DNA of 63,457 bases, filler included, from Nitrospinota bacterium (GCA_030620925.1; 15 parts of 15 records of this genome joined end to end with filler, not necessarily neighbours in it), one strand, 5' to 3'; numbered from the whole stretch's first letter, positions 1 to 8,662 are shown. The notes: generated by a model from the letters alone, not told the origin. Program-made: numbers and translations.

Positions 1-771
1 GACCCTGAGAAAGGCGAGGACTGGGTAAATTCTATCAAACAAAACATGGCCTCTGATCAATGGGATCAGGAATTTGAAATCGATTGGGACGTATACACCG
101 GCAAGGCTTTCTTCCCATCATTTAAAACCATAGACCATGTGAAAAATTTAGTCCCCGTAAAAGAAAGAACAATACTCAGAGGCTGGGACTTCGGCTATCA
201 CTACCCCGCCGTGGTATTTTGCCAGAAAGACGACCAGGACAGGCTATTGATTGTAGATGAATACCACGAGCCCGATGTGGAGCTGGATATTTTCGCTCAG
301 AACCTCATCCAGTATTCGACGGCCAAATACCCTGGGTTCGTGTTTAAAGACTACTGTGATCCAGCGGGCAAGCAGGTCAGTGACAAAGGGCCGTTGACCA
401 GCATCGAAATTCTCTACAAATACGGCATCACTCCCGATTACAGAAGAGTTCCCGAAGATTACGGGTGGGGAATCATCAGACAGCAGCTCTTGATAAGAAA
501 AGACGGCTACCCCGGCCTATTTGTTGATCCTAAATGTCAGCACATCATCAAAGGTTTTGAAGGTGAAATGCACTATCCCAATTACAGAGATGGACAGCGC
601 ATTAAAGAGGCTCCTGTAGAGAAACACCCTGTAATAGATCATTTTGATGCGCTTAAATATCTCGGCGTAGGTGTCTATGACATAGGAAATCAGGAAGTCC
701 GAAATCAAGACAGATACATTGAAGACTACCAGCCCCAACCAAATGGTAGTAGCACCTGGATGGGAGACTAA
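1..771 (+). CDS. Terminase large subunit, C-terminal RNase H-like nuclease domain (5' truncated)
   Basis: Frame open from base 1 (DPEKGEDW...); motifs 'WDQEFEIDW', 'RGWDFGYHYPA', 'YCDPAG', 'DHFDALKY'; directly upstream of portal. Confidence 0.85.
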   Translation, partial: DPEKGEDWVNSIKQNMASDQWDQEFEIDWDVYTGKAFFPSFKTIDHVKNLVPVKERTILRGWDFGYHYPAVVFCQKDDQDRLLIVDEYHEPDVELDIFAQNLIQYSTAKYPGFVFKDYCDPAGKQVSDKGPLTSIEILYKYGITPDYRRVPEDYGWGIIRQQLLIRKDGYPGLFVDPKCQHIIKGFEGEMHYPNYRDGQRIKEAPVEKHPVIDHFDALKYLGVGVYDIGNQEVRNQDRYIEDYQPQPNGSSTWMGD

Positions 772-777
772 AAAAAT

Positions 778-2619
778 ATGTCGGAAAGCGAGATAGCCAG
801 ACAGATCAACGAATGGTTTAGGAAAAGCTCCGAGCACATCGCACCCTGGCGGGAGCAAGCTCTGGAGGACTACAAGTTCTACCTGGGCGACCAGTGGAAA
901 AATGAAGACAGAGCCAAGCTGAGAGAAGAGGGGCGCCCCGATCTTACCATTAATAAGATCAGGCCCGTGGTGAACGTAGTCATGGGCTATGAGCGGCAGA
1001 GCCTCACCGATATAACCTATCTACCCATTGAACACAGCGATTACTCAGTTACCCAGGTGCTGAATCAGTTGGTGAAGCTCATCCTATCCAGCGGCGCGGG
1101 CGAACACAGCCAGAGCTATCAATTTCAGGATGGACTTATCTGTGGGCAGGGATGGGGTCAAGTAATCCTCGATCATAACCAGAATCCTCACGACCCCCTG
1201 GGAGATATAAAGTATCGAAAGGTGGACCCGTTCAGCATTTACCTGGACCCATATTCGCTTGAGCCCGACCTTTCAGACGCGCGGTTCGTGATAAGAGCTT
1301 TCAAAATGCCCCTGGACATCATCAAAAAGATATATCCGCACCGGAAAGAAGCCATCGGGGACGCGATGGCGGTGAGTAAGGAACAGCTTGAAGAGAACGT
1401 TCACGTGAAAGGCTATCCGAACCACCACTACGACCACGGAGGAGATACGCTGACGCTGGAGGAGATGCGAGACGACAGACCCCTGGTGTTGGAATGCTGG
1501 TACAGGGAATATCAAAACCAGCGGTATATTTTCGATGAGGACGCCTATCAGTTTTACCCCACTGAGCTCCCATCGGAAAGATTGAGTGCCCTGCTGGAGC
1601 GGGCACCCCAATTAAGAGTAATCACCAAGATGGTTCCGAAAATGCGCTATGCTGTAGTCCTGGGATCGGTGATGCTGGAAGGGGGCCCATCTCCGTACAG
1701 GGCTAACATGTTTCCCCTCATCCCCTTCTACGCCTCGTTCGTGGGTAGCGCCAAAAGTGCAGAGTTGCGGTATCAAGGTCTGGTACGGGCGCTCAAAGAC
1801 CCTCAGCGGGAGATAAACAAAAGGCGGGCCCAACTTCTCCACATCATTAATACCGCCGCCAACAGCGGCTGGATAGGTGATAAAGGCGCGACGGATAAGA
1901 AGACTATAGAGCAGTTCGGAAACAAGCCGGGGGTATACATTGAGGTGAGCCCCGGCAAACGTCTGGAGCGCATCGCCCCCGCCCCCTGGCCTCAGGGATA
2001 TACAGAACTGGAGCTGATAAGTACGGAGAACATCAAAGAGATATCCGGCGTTAACGCCGACCTGTTGGGCCAATATGAGAAGACCACCCCCGGCGTGGCC
2101 ATCCAAATGCGTCAGCGCCAGGGGATAACGGTCATGCAGGAAATGTTTGACAATTTCCGGCTTACCAAACAGTTGCTGGGGAAGGTGCTGCTGCACGCCG
2201 TACAGGCATTTTATACGCCGGAGAAGATTCTTCGCGCTGTGGGAACCACGAATAAACAGATGGTAAAGTTAATAGGAGGTGAAATGGAGACGGCCATGGA
2301 AGTTTTAATGAACAGAGACATCTCTCGTTTCGATGTGGTCGTTTCCGAGAACCAGAACACCCCATCCTGGAGGCGGGCCGCCTTCCAGGAGCTTCTGCAA
2401 TTGACTCAATTGGGGGCACCCATACCCATGGACATTCTGGTGGAAGCCTCGGATGTACCCCGGAAAGAGGAGATACTGGGGCGGTTGAGATCAGACCCCG
2501 CCGGACCAGAGATAGTACCTCAGACCGGGGGTTCAGAAACGACCGCCAGCAGCGCAGCGGCAGCTAAAATGAGAGAAGCGGCGCAGCGGCTCGCCGATAT
2601 GAAGGCAGTGAATCCCTAA
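778..2619 (+). CDS. Phage portal protein (P22-like)
   Basis: 613 aa; 'FYLGDQW...RPDLTINKIRPVVN', 'GLVRALKDPQREINKR', 'IKEISGVN..LLG'; lies between terminase and scaffold. Confidence 0.9.
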   Translation: MSESEIARQINEWFRKSSEHIAPWREQALEDYKFYLGDQWKNEDRAKLREEGRPDLTINKIRPVVNVVMGYERQSLTDITYLPIEHSDYSVTQVLNQLVKLILSSGAGEHSQSYQFQDGLICGQGWGQVILDHNQNPHDPLGDIKYRKVDPFSIYLDPYSLEPDLSDARFVIRAFKMPLDIIKKIYPHRKEAIGDAMAVSKEQLEENVHVKGYPNHHYDHGGDTLTLEEMRDDRPLVLECWYREYQNQRYIFDEDAYQFYPTELPSERLSALLERAPQLRVITKMVPKMRYAVVLGSVMLEGGPSPYRANMFPLIPFYASFVGSAKSAELRYQGLVRALKDPQREINKRRAQLLHIINTAANSGWIGDKGATDKKTIEQFGNKPGVYIEVSPGKRLERIAPAPWPQGYTELELISTENIKEISGVNADLLGQYEKTTPGVAIQMRQRQGITVMQEMFDNFRLTKQLLGKVLLHAVQAFYTPEKILRAVGTTNKQMVKLIGGEMETAMEVLMNRDISRFDVVVSENQNTPSWRRAAFQELLQLTQLGAPIPMDILVEASDVPRKEEILGRLRSDPAGPEIVPQTGGSETTASSAAAAKMREAAQRLADMKAVNP

Positions 2620-2629
2620 AGGTTTTAAT

Positions 2630-2827
2630 CGTCTCGGAATTGACTATCCCGAGACGGCCCGGCAAAATCCAGGCCGATTCCGTGATCACGGCTGAGACGG
2701 AGTCGGCCTTTTTGCTGGGCAAAGACTTAATCGGCTCGCCGGACCGCTTCCGGCGGTCGTCCCCCGGGCGATACCGGGTAAACGGGGATACAGCCGAAAC
2801 CTGTATCCATCCCGCGCATCGCGGGAT
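2630..2827 (+). ncRNA. Putative structured RNA / attenuator in scaffold leader
   Basis: Five consecutive stem-loops read by eye (2630-2656, 2657-2720, 2736-2771, 2786-2808, 2809-2827) fill the portal-scaffold gap. Confidence 0.5.
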
Positions 2828-2846
2828 ATGACGGACAAAGGAGATT

Positions 2847-3740
2847 TTGAGGATGGTGAAGAAAAAGGATGCACAAAAGAAGGCCGAGGAAAACCATGAA
2901 TCCGAAGACACGGGGATGGACCTGGTAGATGAAGAATGGCTAAGAGCTGAGGAAGCCTCCAATTCCGAATCGCATTCGGGGGAGGAAGTACCCCTGGCTG
3001 CGGGGGAGACGGAGATGATGAGTCAGGAACCCGCAGGCCGAAAACTGGAGGAGGCGGGAGAGCCCGATGCAGGGGATAAAGTCGTTCCCCTGGCGGCCCT
3101 CCACGAGGAACGTCAGAAGCGCCAGGAGAGGGACAAAAAGATAGAGACGCTCGAGACCAGCCTGGGGCTGCAACGCCTACTCACCGAACAGCTGGCCGGA
3201 ATCGAGACCGATAGTGAACGGTACAATGATGAAGACCCGATCACTCATGCCCAGGCCAGAGAAGTCTACACTGATAAAGACACCCTCGTTCAGATGTTCG
3301 GCCAGATGATCGGTGTTTGCGCCGAGCTTGAGAGGCTCAAACACGGTGATTACGACGAAGTAATGAAAGTTTTCGAGCCTTATCTGAATGAGAACGCCGG
3401 GTTTCAACAGATGGTCTTCAGTGCCTCCAACCCCGCTGCAGAGGCTTATCGCCTGGCAAAGCAGCTTTTGCCTGCCACACCGGAAACAGGGTCCGAGCAG
3501 GAAGGGAGTGAAACCTGGCCCGGAACCGGGGAGAAAAGTTTTCCTATGTCCAAGAATGAGATTCTAAAAGAGAAGATGAATAACCAGGAAAAAGCCCCCA
3601 AAATCAGCGTTATAAGCGGCGAGGGGGATGATTTGCCCAATCTGACCATAGAAAAATTGCTTGAGATGCCTCGCGACGAGTTCGGCAAAGTGTGGGACAA
3701 TCTTACATCAGCACAGAAGAGGAAATTCTCAGGCGGCTAA
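2847..3740 (+). CDS. Capsid scaffolding protein
   Basis: Very acidic coiled-coil ORF with 'VPLAALHEERQKRQ' and 'NPAAEAYRLAK', immediately upstream of capsid gene; RBS AAGGAG near 2838; start 2847 TTG or 2853 ATG. Confidence 0.75.
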   Translation: MRMVKKKDAQKKAEENHESEDTGMDLVDEEWLRAEEASNSESHSGEEVPLAAGETEMMSQEPAGRKLEEAGEPDAGDKVVPLAALHEERQKRQERDKKIETLETSLGLQRLLTEQLAGIETDSERYNDEDPITHAQAREVYTDKDTLVQMFGQMIGVCAELERLKHGDYDEVMKVFEPYLNENAGFQQMVFSASNPAAEAYRLAKQLLPATPETGSEQEGSETWPGTGEKSFPMSKNEILKEKMNNQEKAPKISVISGEGDDLPNLTIEKLLEMPRDEFGKVWDNLTSAQKRKFSGG

Positions 3741-3758
3741 CGGTAACGGAGGTAGAGA

Positions 3759-4766
3759 ATGGCATTAACACCAGCGGAAACCAATCAAGTTAAGAAGCTA
3801 TATGGAAAACAGCTTTGGAAAGAAGGTCGGGATGAGCTTTTCTTCAAGAAGTTCATGGGTGAGGGCGAATTCAACATCATCCAGGAAAAGACCGATTTTC
3901 GAAAAGACAAAGGCGATACCCTCTATTTTGGGCTGGGTATGGATCTCTCCGGCGCCGGCGTCACCGGCGACAATGAGCTAGAGGGCAATGAAGAAGCCCT
4001 TACCGTTTATAGCGACAGCGTAACCCTCGACCAGATAAGGAATGCGGTCAGGGTACAGGGAAGGCTTGAGGAACAGAAGGCCGCCTACGGCATCAGAGAG
4101 ACCGCCAAGGAGCGGCTAAAGTTTTGGCTGGCCGAAAAGATCGATGAGATCATCTTCGACCACCTCTGCGGCGACACCTCTCAGACCTTTCCCGCCGCGC
4201 CCCTAGCGCCCGATAGTGACCATGTGCTCTATGGCGGTAATGCTACGTCGGACAGCGACATAGACTCCACCGACAAGTTCACCGCCGCACTCATCAGTAA
4301 GACCAAGGTCAAGGCGCAGACCCTGGATCCCAGGATCAAGCCTGTTAAGGTGGACGGCAAAGATTATTACGTCTGCGTCATTCACCCCTACCAGGCCTAC
4401 GACCTGCGCCAGGATACCGACTGGCAGAACGCCCATTACTATGCCAGTGAACGAGGTTTGGATAACCCAATATTCACCGGTTCCATGGGCATCTACGACG
4501 GGGTGGCCATCCACGTCCATCCCAAGATTTACACTGCCAGCAACTGGGGTGCAGGAGCTAATGTAGAAGGCGCAAGGGCGCTTTTCTTGGGGGCGCAGGC
4601 GGGCCTTTTCGCCCAGGCCAGTGATACTTCCTGGGTTGAAAAAGATTTCGACTATGCCAACCAGACCGGTGTGGCCACAGGCCTCATATGGGGTTTCAAG
4701 AAAGCCAGGTTTAATAGCGAGGACTTCGGCTTAATCGCTCTGGATACAGCGGCATCCGCTCCTTAG
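3759..4766 (+). CDS. Major capsid protein, N4-gp56 / DUF4043-like
   Basis: 'GDTLYFGLGMDLSGAGVTGDNELEGNEEAL', 'YVCVIHPYQAYDL', 'NPIFTGSMGIYDGVAIH', 'RALFLGAQA', 'KKARFNSEDFG'; RBS GGAGG. Confidence 0.9.
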   Translation: MALTPAETNQVKKLYGKQLWKEGRDELFFKKFMGEGEFNIIQEKTDFRKDKGDTLYFGLGMDLSGAGVTGDNELEGNEEALTVYSDSVTLDQIRNAVRVQGRLEEQKAAYGIRETAKERLKFWLAEKIDEIIFDHLCGDTSQTFPAAPLAPDSDHVLYGGNATSDSDIDSTDKFTAALISKTKVKAQTLDPRIKPVKVDGKDYYVCVIHPYQAYDLRQDTDWQNAHYYASERGLDNPIFTGSMGIYDGVAIHVHPKIYTASNWGAGANVEGARALFLGAQAGLFAQASDTSWVEKDFDYANQTGVATGLIWGFKKARFNSEDFGLIALDTAASAP

Positions 4767-4782
4767 TGAAAAATGAGCCAAC

Positions 4783-4846
4783 GTAGGGGCGATCCCACGC
4801 CGCGGGATTGTATTTTCCCACGGACGACCACGAGGATCGCTCCTAC
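4783..4846. repeat. GTAG-type REP-like inverted repeat inside phage operon
   Basis: GTAGGGGCGATCC (4783-4795) pairs with GGATCGCTCCTAC (4834-4846); similar elements at 11231, 13057, 18916, 19064, 19116, 22474, 22530. Confidence 0.7.
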
Positions 4847-4868
4847 AATACAAATAGGAGAACGTTGA

Positions 4869-5273
4869 ATGGCAACACACGATTGGGTAACCGGTTATAC
4901 CGGTTACAGCACTGAGCACGAAATCCCCAAGGGCATGGTGGGATACCTCTACAGGTATTTCGATACCTCCAGCACCAACATGACTGGTTCCGATGTTTAC
5001 CAGATATTCAAGATGGGTAACGGCGTCATGCCTGTGAACGTCTATACCTACGTTGCAACAGTGGAGGGCGGCGTAGCCACTTTAGACATCGGGGATGGAG
5101 CAAGCACAGCCCGTTATGAGACCGACGCCGATATCAATGCCGCCGGTGTCACCAAGAGCTTTGACGCCACAACGGTATATACGGGAGACGACACCATAGA
5201 CATCATACCCAGCGCAACTCTCAATGCAGCGAAGTTCTGGGTGGTGATCGAGTATATAAGGCTGACAACTTAA
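4869..5273 (+). CDS. Putative capsid decoration/cement protein
   Basis: 134 aa, beta-rich T/G/V composition ('ATLDIGDG..ARY'), directly after capsid gene; RBS AGGAG. Confidence 0.6.
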   Translation: MATHDWVTGYTGYSTEHEIPKGMVGYLYRYFDTSSTNMTGSDVYQIFKMGNGVMPVNVYTYVATVEGGVATLDIGDGASTARYETDADINAAGVTKSFDATTVYTGDDTIDIIPSATLNAAKFWVVIEYIRLTT

Positions 5274-5277
5274 CCGA

Positions 5278-5320
5278 AGGAAGGGTGGCCCCGCTTCCCG
5301 CGGGGACACCCCCTTTCTTG
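5278..5320 (+). terminator. Probable intrinsic terminator after decoration gene
   Basis: GGGTG-G-CCCCGC TTCCC GCGGGG-A-CACCC hairpin followed by CCTTTCTT. Confidence 0.5.
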
Positions 5321-5323
5321 ATA

Positions 5324-5388
5324 GAGGTTGGAGCCCTGAAGCCCAAAGGGCAGGAGGTTGGAGCCCTGAAGCCCAAAGGGCAGGAGGT
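5324..5388 (+). repeat. 30-bp perfect tandem duplication containing RBS and a hairpin
   Basis: GAGGTTGGAGCCCTGAAGCCCAAAGGGCAG at 5324-5353 and 5354-5383, then GAGGT. Confidence 0.95.
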
Positions 5389-5391
5389 ATT

Positions 5392-5739
5392 ATGCTTGTT
5401 GAATATATAGGCAGGAAGCCATACGGACAAAAGAACCTCAGACATCCAAAAACCTTTAAACATTACGCCTTCTATTACGGCAAGCCCCTGGAGGTAGATG
5501 ACCAATGGGGTATAGAACTGCTAAAGGCGGTGGACGAGAAGAACCGCCACATCTTCATTAACAAGGATGCCGTTGCAGAGAAGCAGAGACAGCAAAAAAG
5601 AGAGACGGTGCCGGCAAAGACCGTCAAGTGCAGATACGGCTGCACCGAAGAGTTGTCAAATCAGGGCCTTCTCAGGGCCCATTACCGAAAGGCACACCCA
5701 AAACCTGCCCTCGATCAGAGCGAAAGGGATAAGAGCTGA
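5392..5739 (+). CDS. Phage protein with C-terminal C2H2-type zinc finger
   Basis: CRYGC-TEELSNQGLLRA-HYRKAH = C-x3-C-x12-H-x4-H; RBS GGAGG. Confidence 0.7.
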   Translation: MLVEYIGRKPYGQKNLRHPKTFKHYAFYYGKPLEVDDQWGIELLKAVDEKNRHIFINKDAVAEKQRQQKRETVPAKTVKCRYGCTEELSNQGLLRAHYRKAHPKPALDQSERDKS

Positions 5740-6365
5740 TGGCCACTATCCAGGATATAGCGGATGAGATAAAGACCGCTACCAAACGGACAGACATGGA
5801 GTCCGGGATACTGGCCTCCGTGCAGCGAGCGGTGGAGTTCATCGAAAATGAATACGACTGGAGATGGTTAGAAGAGTCATCCTCTACATTCACCACGAGT
5901 AACGGTACAGAGTCTTATAGCATCGAGAGCGATATAGGAGTAACGAACTTAAAAAAGATTCGAGAATTACGTTACGAGAACAACTCCGCCAATAGTGAAT
6001 GGCCGGTTAACAGAAAATCTCAGAAAGAGTTCAGAGATAAGTGGGGACTCAACACCAGCACCGGAGAGCCTATCGAGTATATGGAGGATGCCGGTAACAT
6101 CCATCTGGCCCCTAAACCGGGTGGGACGTACACTGTCAGATTCAAATACTGGAAGAAGCACCCGACCACAGCCGACACTACGCTACTAGTCCCCTCAAGG
6201 AACATCGTCAAAGAGAAAGCCCTGGCGATATTCTTCCTGGATTACAACGACATGCCAGAACTGGCCGAGCCTCACGAGTTCGAGTATTTAAAAGAACTGC
6301 AAAGCCTCTTCGCTCTGGAAACCTCGGGCGATGAAGTGGTAACGGTCAAATATAGAGATTTTTAA
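5739..6365 (+). CDS. Head-to-tail adaptor protein
   Basis: 'EYDWRWLE..STFTT..G.ESY', 'TGEPIEY', 'IHLAPKPGGTYTVRFKYWKK' resemble podoviral adaptors; TGATG overlap with upstream gene. Confidence 0.7.
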   Translation: MATIQDIADEIKTATKRTDMESGILASVQRAVEFIENEYDWRWLEESSSTFTTSNGTESYSIESDIGVTNLKKIRELRYENNSANSEWPVNRKSQKEFRDKWGLNTSTGEPIEYMEDAGNIHLAPKPGGTYTVRFKYWKKHPTTADTTLLVPSRNIVKEKALAIFFLDYNDMPELAEPHEFEYLKELQSLFALETSGDEVVTVKYRDF

Positions 6366-6536
6366 GGTATCCCTCAAAGATACAAGATACACCACTCGAT
6401 CAGATTTGAGAAGGCGAATCGAAAGACGAGGTATAAAGTGAAAGACGTCATTCCGCAGGAGGGTCTTAAAGGCACGACCGGTTAGACTGTTCGGCGCACC
6501 CCGTTACCTGCGGGGAAAACATGCAGGAGTTAATCA

Positions 6537-7133
6537 ATGACAGACGCTATTAACAGTTGGGATAAAAACAGGCCCGCAGGTACGGATTACATCGACGCTT
6601 CCGATGAGTTGATACGGGCCAACCAGGCGGCCGTTGAAGAGATGACCGGCGGCTGGATGCAGGATTTAATTGTGACCAACGGCGGTTCGGCGGGACAGAT
6701 AGATATAGACGCCACACGGCTCGGCCTCATTAAGAGTTCGGGAGCGCCACCGCTTATTATTGTCGATCGAAGCACAAATCTTACCTGCGATTGGGGCAAT
6801 GGTGAGGCGATAAACGGAAGAGAAGCGGGCCTAGCGACTACCGCAGGTTGGAAATATGTGTGGGTTCTGCGCGATCCTGTTGCGGGGAATACGGGCAGCT
6901 TATTTTCTGCGGCAACCGCGGTGGGCGGCGTAACCATGCCCGGCGATTACGCTTTCGGGCGGCTCGTTGGAACTGTTTACTGGGATGGAGCAAGCGACTT
7001 CACGGCTTTTATCCAGCGCGGCAACAGAGTAGCTATCAAAAGTCCGCCCCAGGTGCTGAATAACGGGCGCAGCGACTTGGCGTGGACACAGCTCGACCTG
7101 AGTGCTTATATACCGACTATTACCCGTGAAATA
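6537..7133 (+). CDS. Putative tail fibre/tail-associated protein (3' truncated)
   Basis: N-terminal 'WDKNRPAGTD...SDELIR' and 'TMPGDYAFGRLVG', 'WTQLDLSAYIP' resemble phage tail-fibre-like proteins; RBS AGGAG. Confidence 0.55.
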
Positions 7134-7233
7134 NNNNNNNNNNNNNNNNNNNNNNNNNNNNNNNNNNNNNNNNNNNNTTAATTAATTAANNNNNNNNNNN
7201 NNNNNNNNNNNNNNNNNNNNNNNNNNNNNNNNN
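7134..7233. other. Artificial contig linker (first of 14)
   Basis: N-run, TTAATTAATTAA, N-run; others at 9818, 13297, 19458, 22374, 27219, 30683, 33824, 36977, 40660, 50035, 52881, 56162, 60676 (100 nt each). Confidence 0.99.
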
Positions 7234-7315
7234 CTGGCAGGCCCTCCAGAACATGAACATCATCTGCGGCTTCGATGAAACGGAAGGGCTGCGTGCGGCC
7301 CCCCTGTTTCCCTGA
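7234..7315 (+). CDS. argC: N-acetyl-gamma-glutamyl-phosphate reductase, C-terminal fragment
   Basis: Reads WQALQNMNIICGFDETEGLRAAPLFP*, the ArgC C-terminus; precedes argJ. Confidence 0.85.
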
Positions 7316-7396
7316 GCGCCTTTGGGGAGAGCACCCATCCATGGTCGGGGGCGGAGGAAGACGCGAATCCAGCTCATACTAAAGAAGAGAAGGCCT

Positions 7397-8611
7397 GTGG
7401 AATCGAAAATAGAAGAAATAGAGGGAGGCATTACCGCCGTGCAGGGCATCAGGGCGGGAGGAGTACACTGCGGCATTAAAGAACAGGGGGAAGACTTGGC
7501 CCTCATAGTTTCCGAGGGGGAAGTTTCCGTCGCCGCCGTTTTCACCACCAACGCCGTCAAGGCGGCGCCCGTCCTCCTGAGCCGGGAATTACTCAAGAGC
7601 GGTTCCCCCGGGGCCGTTGTGGCTAACAGCGGAAACGCCAACTGCTACACCGGAGAGAGGGGGCTAAAAGACGCCCAGGAGATGTCCGACCGGGCGGCCG
7701 GGTGCCTGGGCCTCGAGAAGGGCTCGGTCCTGGTTGCTTCAACGGGTTCCATCGGGCATTACCTGCCCATGGATAAAATCCGCGCGGGTATCGATAAAGT
7801 GGCGTCGGAGATAAGCCCTCAGGGGGGTGAAGAGGCCGCAAGAGGCATCATGACCACCGATACCGTGCCCAAGACGGCCGCACTCCAGTATTCCTGCGAA
7901 GGCCGGAGCATAAGTATCGGGGGGATGACCAAAGGAGCGGGGATGATCTTCCCCCGCATGGCCACCATGCTGGCTTTTATCGCCACAGACGCCGCGATAG
8001 GTGAGAAAGAGCGGCAGAATGCGCTGGTAAAGGCCGTGAACCGATCCTTTAACCGGATAACCGTAGACGGCGATACCAGCACCAACGACACCGTTTTCCT
8101 GATGGCCAACGGCCTGGCGGGCAACCCAGCCCTCAAGGAAGGAGAAGGCGCGCTGGCCGCCTTTGAAGAATCGCTTGAGCGGCTTTGCGTTCAACTGGCC
8201 AAAAAGATAGTCCTCGACGGGGAGGGAGCCACCAAGTTCGTCGAAGTCACCGTAAAAGAAGCCGCCAGCGAGGAAGACGCCCTGGCCGTGGCCCGGGCCG
8301 TCGCTAATTCTCCCCTGGTGAAAACCGCCTGGTACGGGCAGGACCCCAACTGGGGGAGGATAATGGCCGCCGCAGGCAGCACCGGAAGGCCCATGGAATT
8401 ATCAAAAATGATGTTATATTTTAACGATATAAAAATCGTGGAAAACGGCCTCAAAGCTGAAGGGGATTGGCGGGGGGCGGCGGAGAAAGCGTTGAAAGAA
8501 AAGAATCTCAAAGTAACCTTGCATCTGGGAGCGGGGGATGCCGAGTCAACGATCTGGACCACCGATCTGACTGAGGAATATATCAGAATAAATGCCCATT
8601 ACCATACTTAG
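7397..8611 (+). CDS. argJ: Bifunctional ornithine acetyltransferase/N-acetylglutamate synthase
   Basis: 'VFTTN', 'NSGNANC', 'IMTTDT', 'KGAGMIFPRMATML', 'DGDTSTND', 'DGEGATK'; likely start GTG 7397. Confidence 0.97.
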   Translation: MESKIEEIEGGITAVQGIRAGGVHCGIKEQGEDLALIVSEGEVSVAAVFTTNAVKAAPVLLSRELLKSGSPGAVVANSGNANCYTGERGLKDAQEMSDRAAGCLGLEKGSVLVASTGSIGHYLPMDKIRAGIDKVASEISPQGGEEAARGIMTTDTVPKTAALQYSCEGRSISIGGMTKGAGMIFPRMATMLAFIATDAAIGEKERQNALVKAVNRSFNRITVDGDTSTNDTVFLMANGLAGNPALKEGEGALAAFEESLERLCVQLAKKIVLDGEGATKFVEVTVKEAASEEDALAVARAVANSPLVKTAWYGQDPNWGRIMAAAGSTGRPMELSKMMLYFNDIKIVENGLKAEGDWRGAAEKALKEKNLKVTLHLGAGDAESTIWTTDLTEEYIRINAHYHT

Positions 8612-8662
8612 CCGTAACCTTACATCACGCTCTCCAGAAAAATGGGGTTTAATTATTGGGTG

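Larger units (their letters stand above)
1..7133 (+). mobile_element. Prophage-like head/packaging module (Caudoviricetes, podovirus-like gene order), fragment
   Basis: Co-oriented terminase, portal, scaffold, major capsid, decoration, adaptor and tail-like ORFs; both ends cut by window or contig edge. Confidence 0.9.

Noticed and set aside
2640..2831. 63-aa ORF between portal and scaffold
   Set aside because: TTG start without RBS; sequence is better explained by stacked hairpins.
5324..5388. 30-bp direct repeat as a CRISPR array
   Set aside because: Two abutting copies, no spacer, no cas genes.
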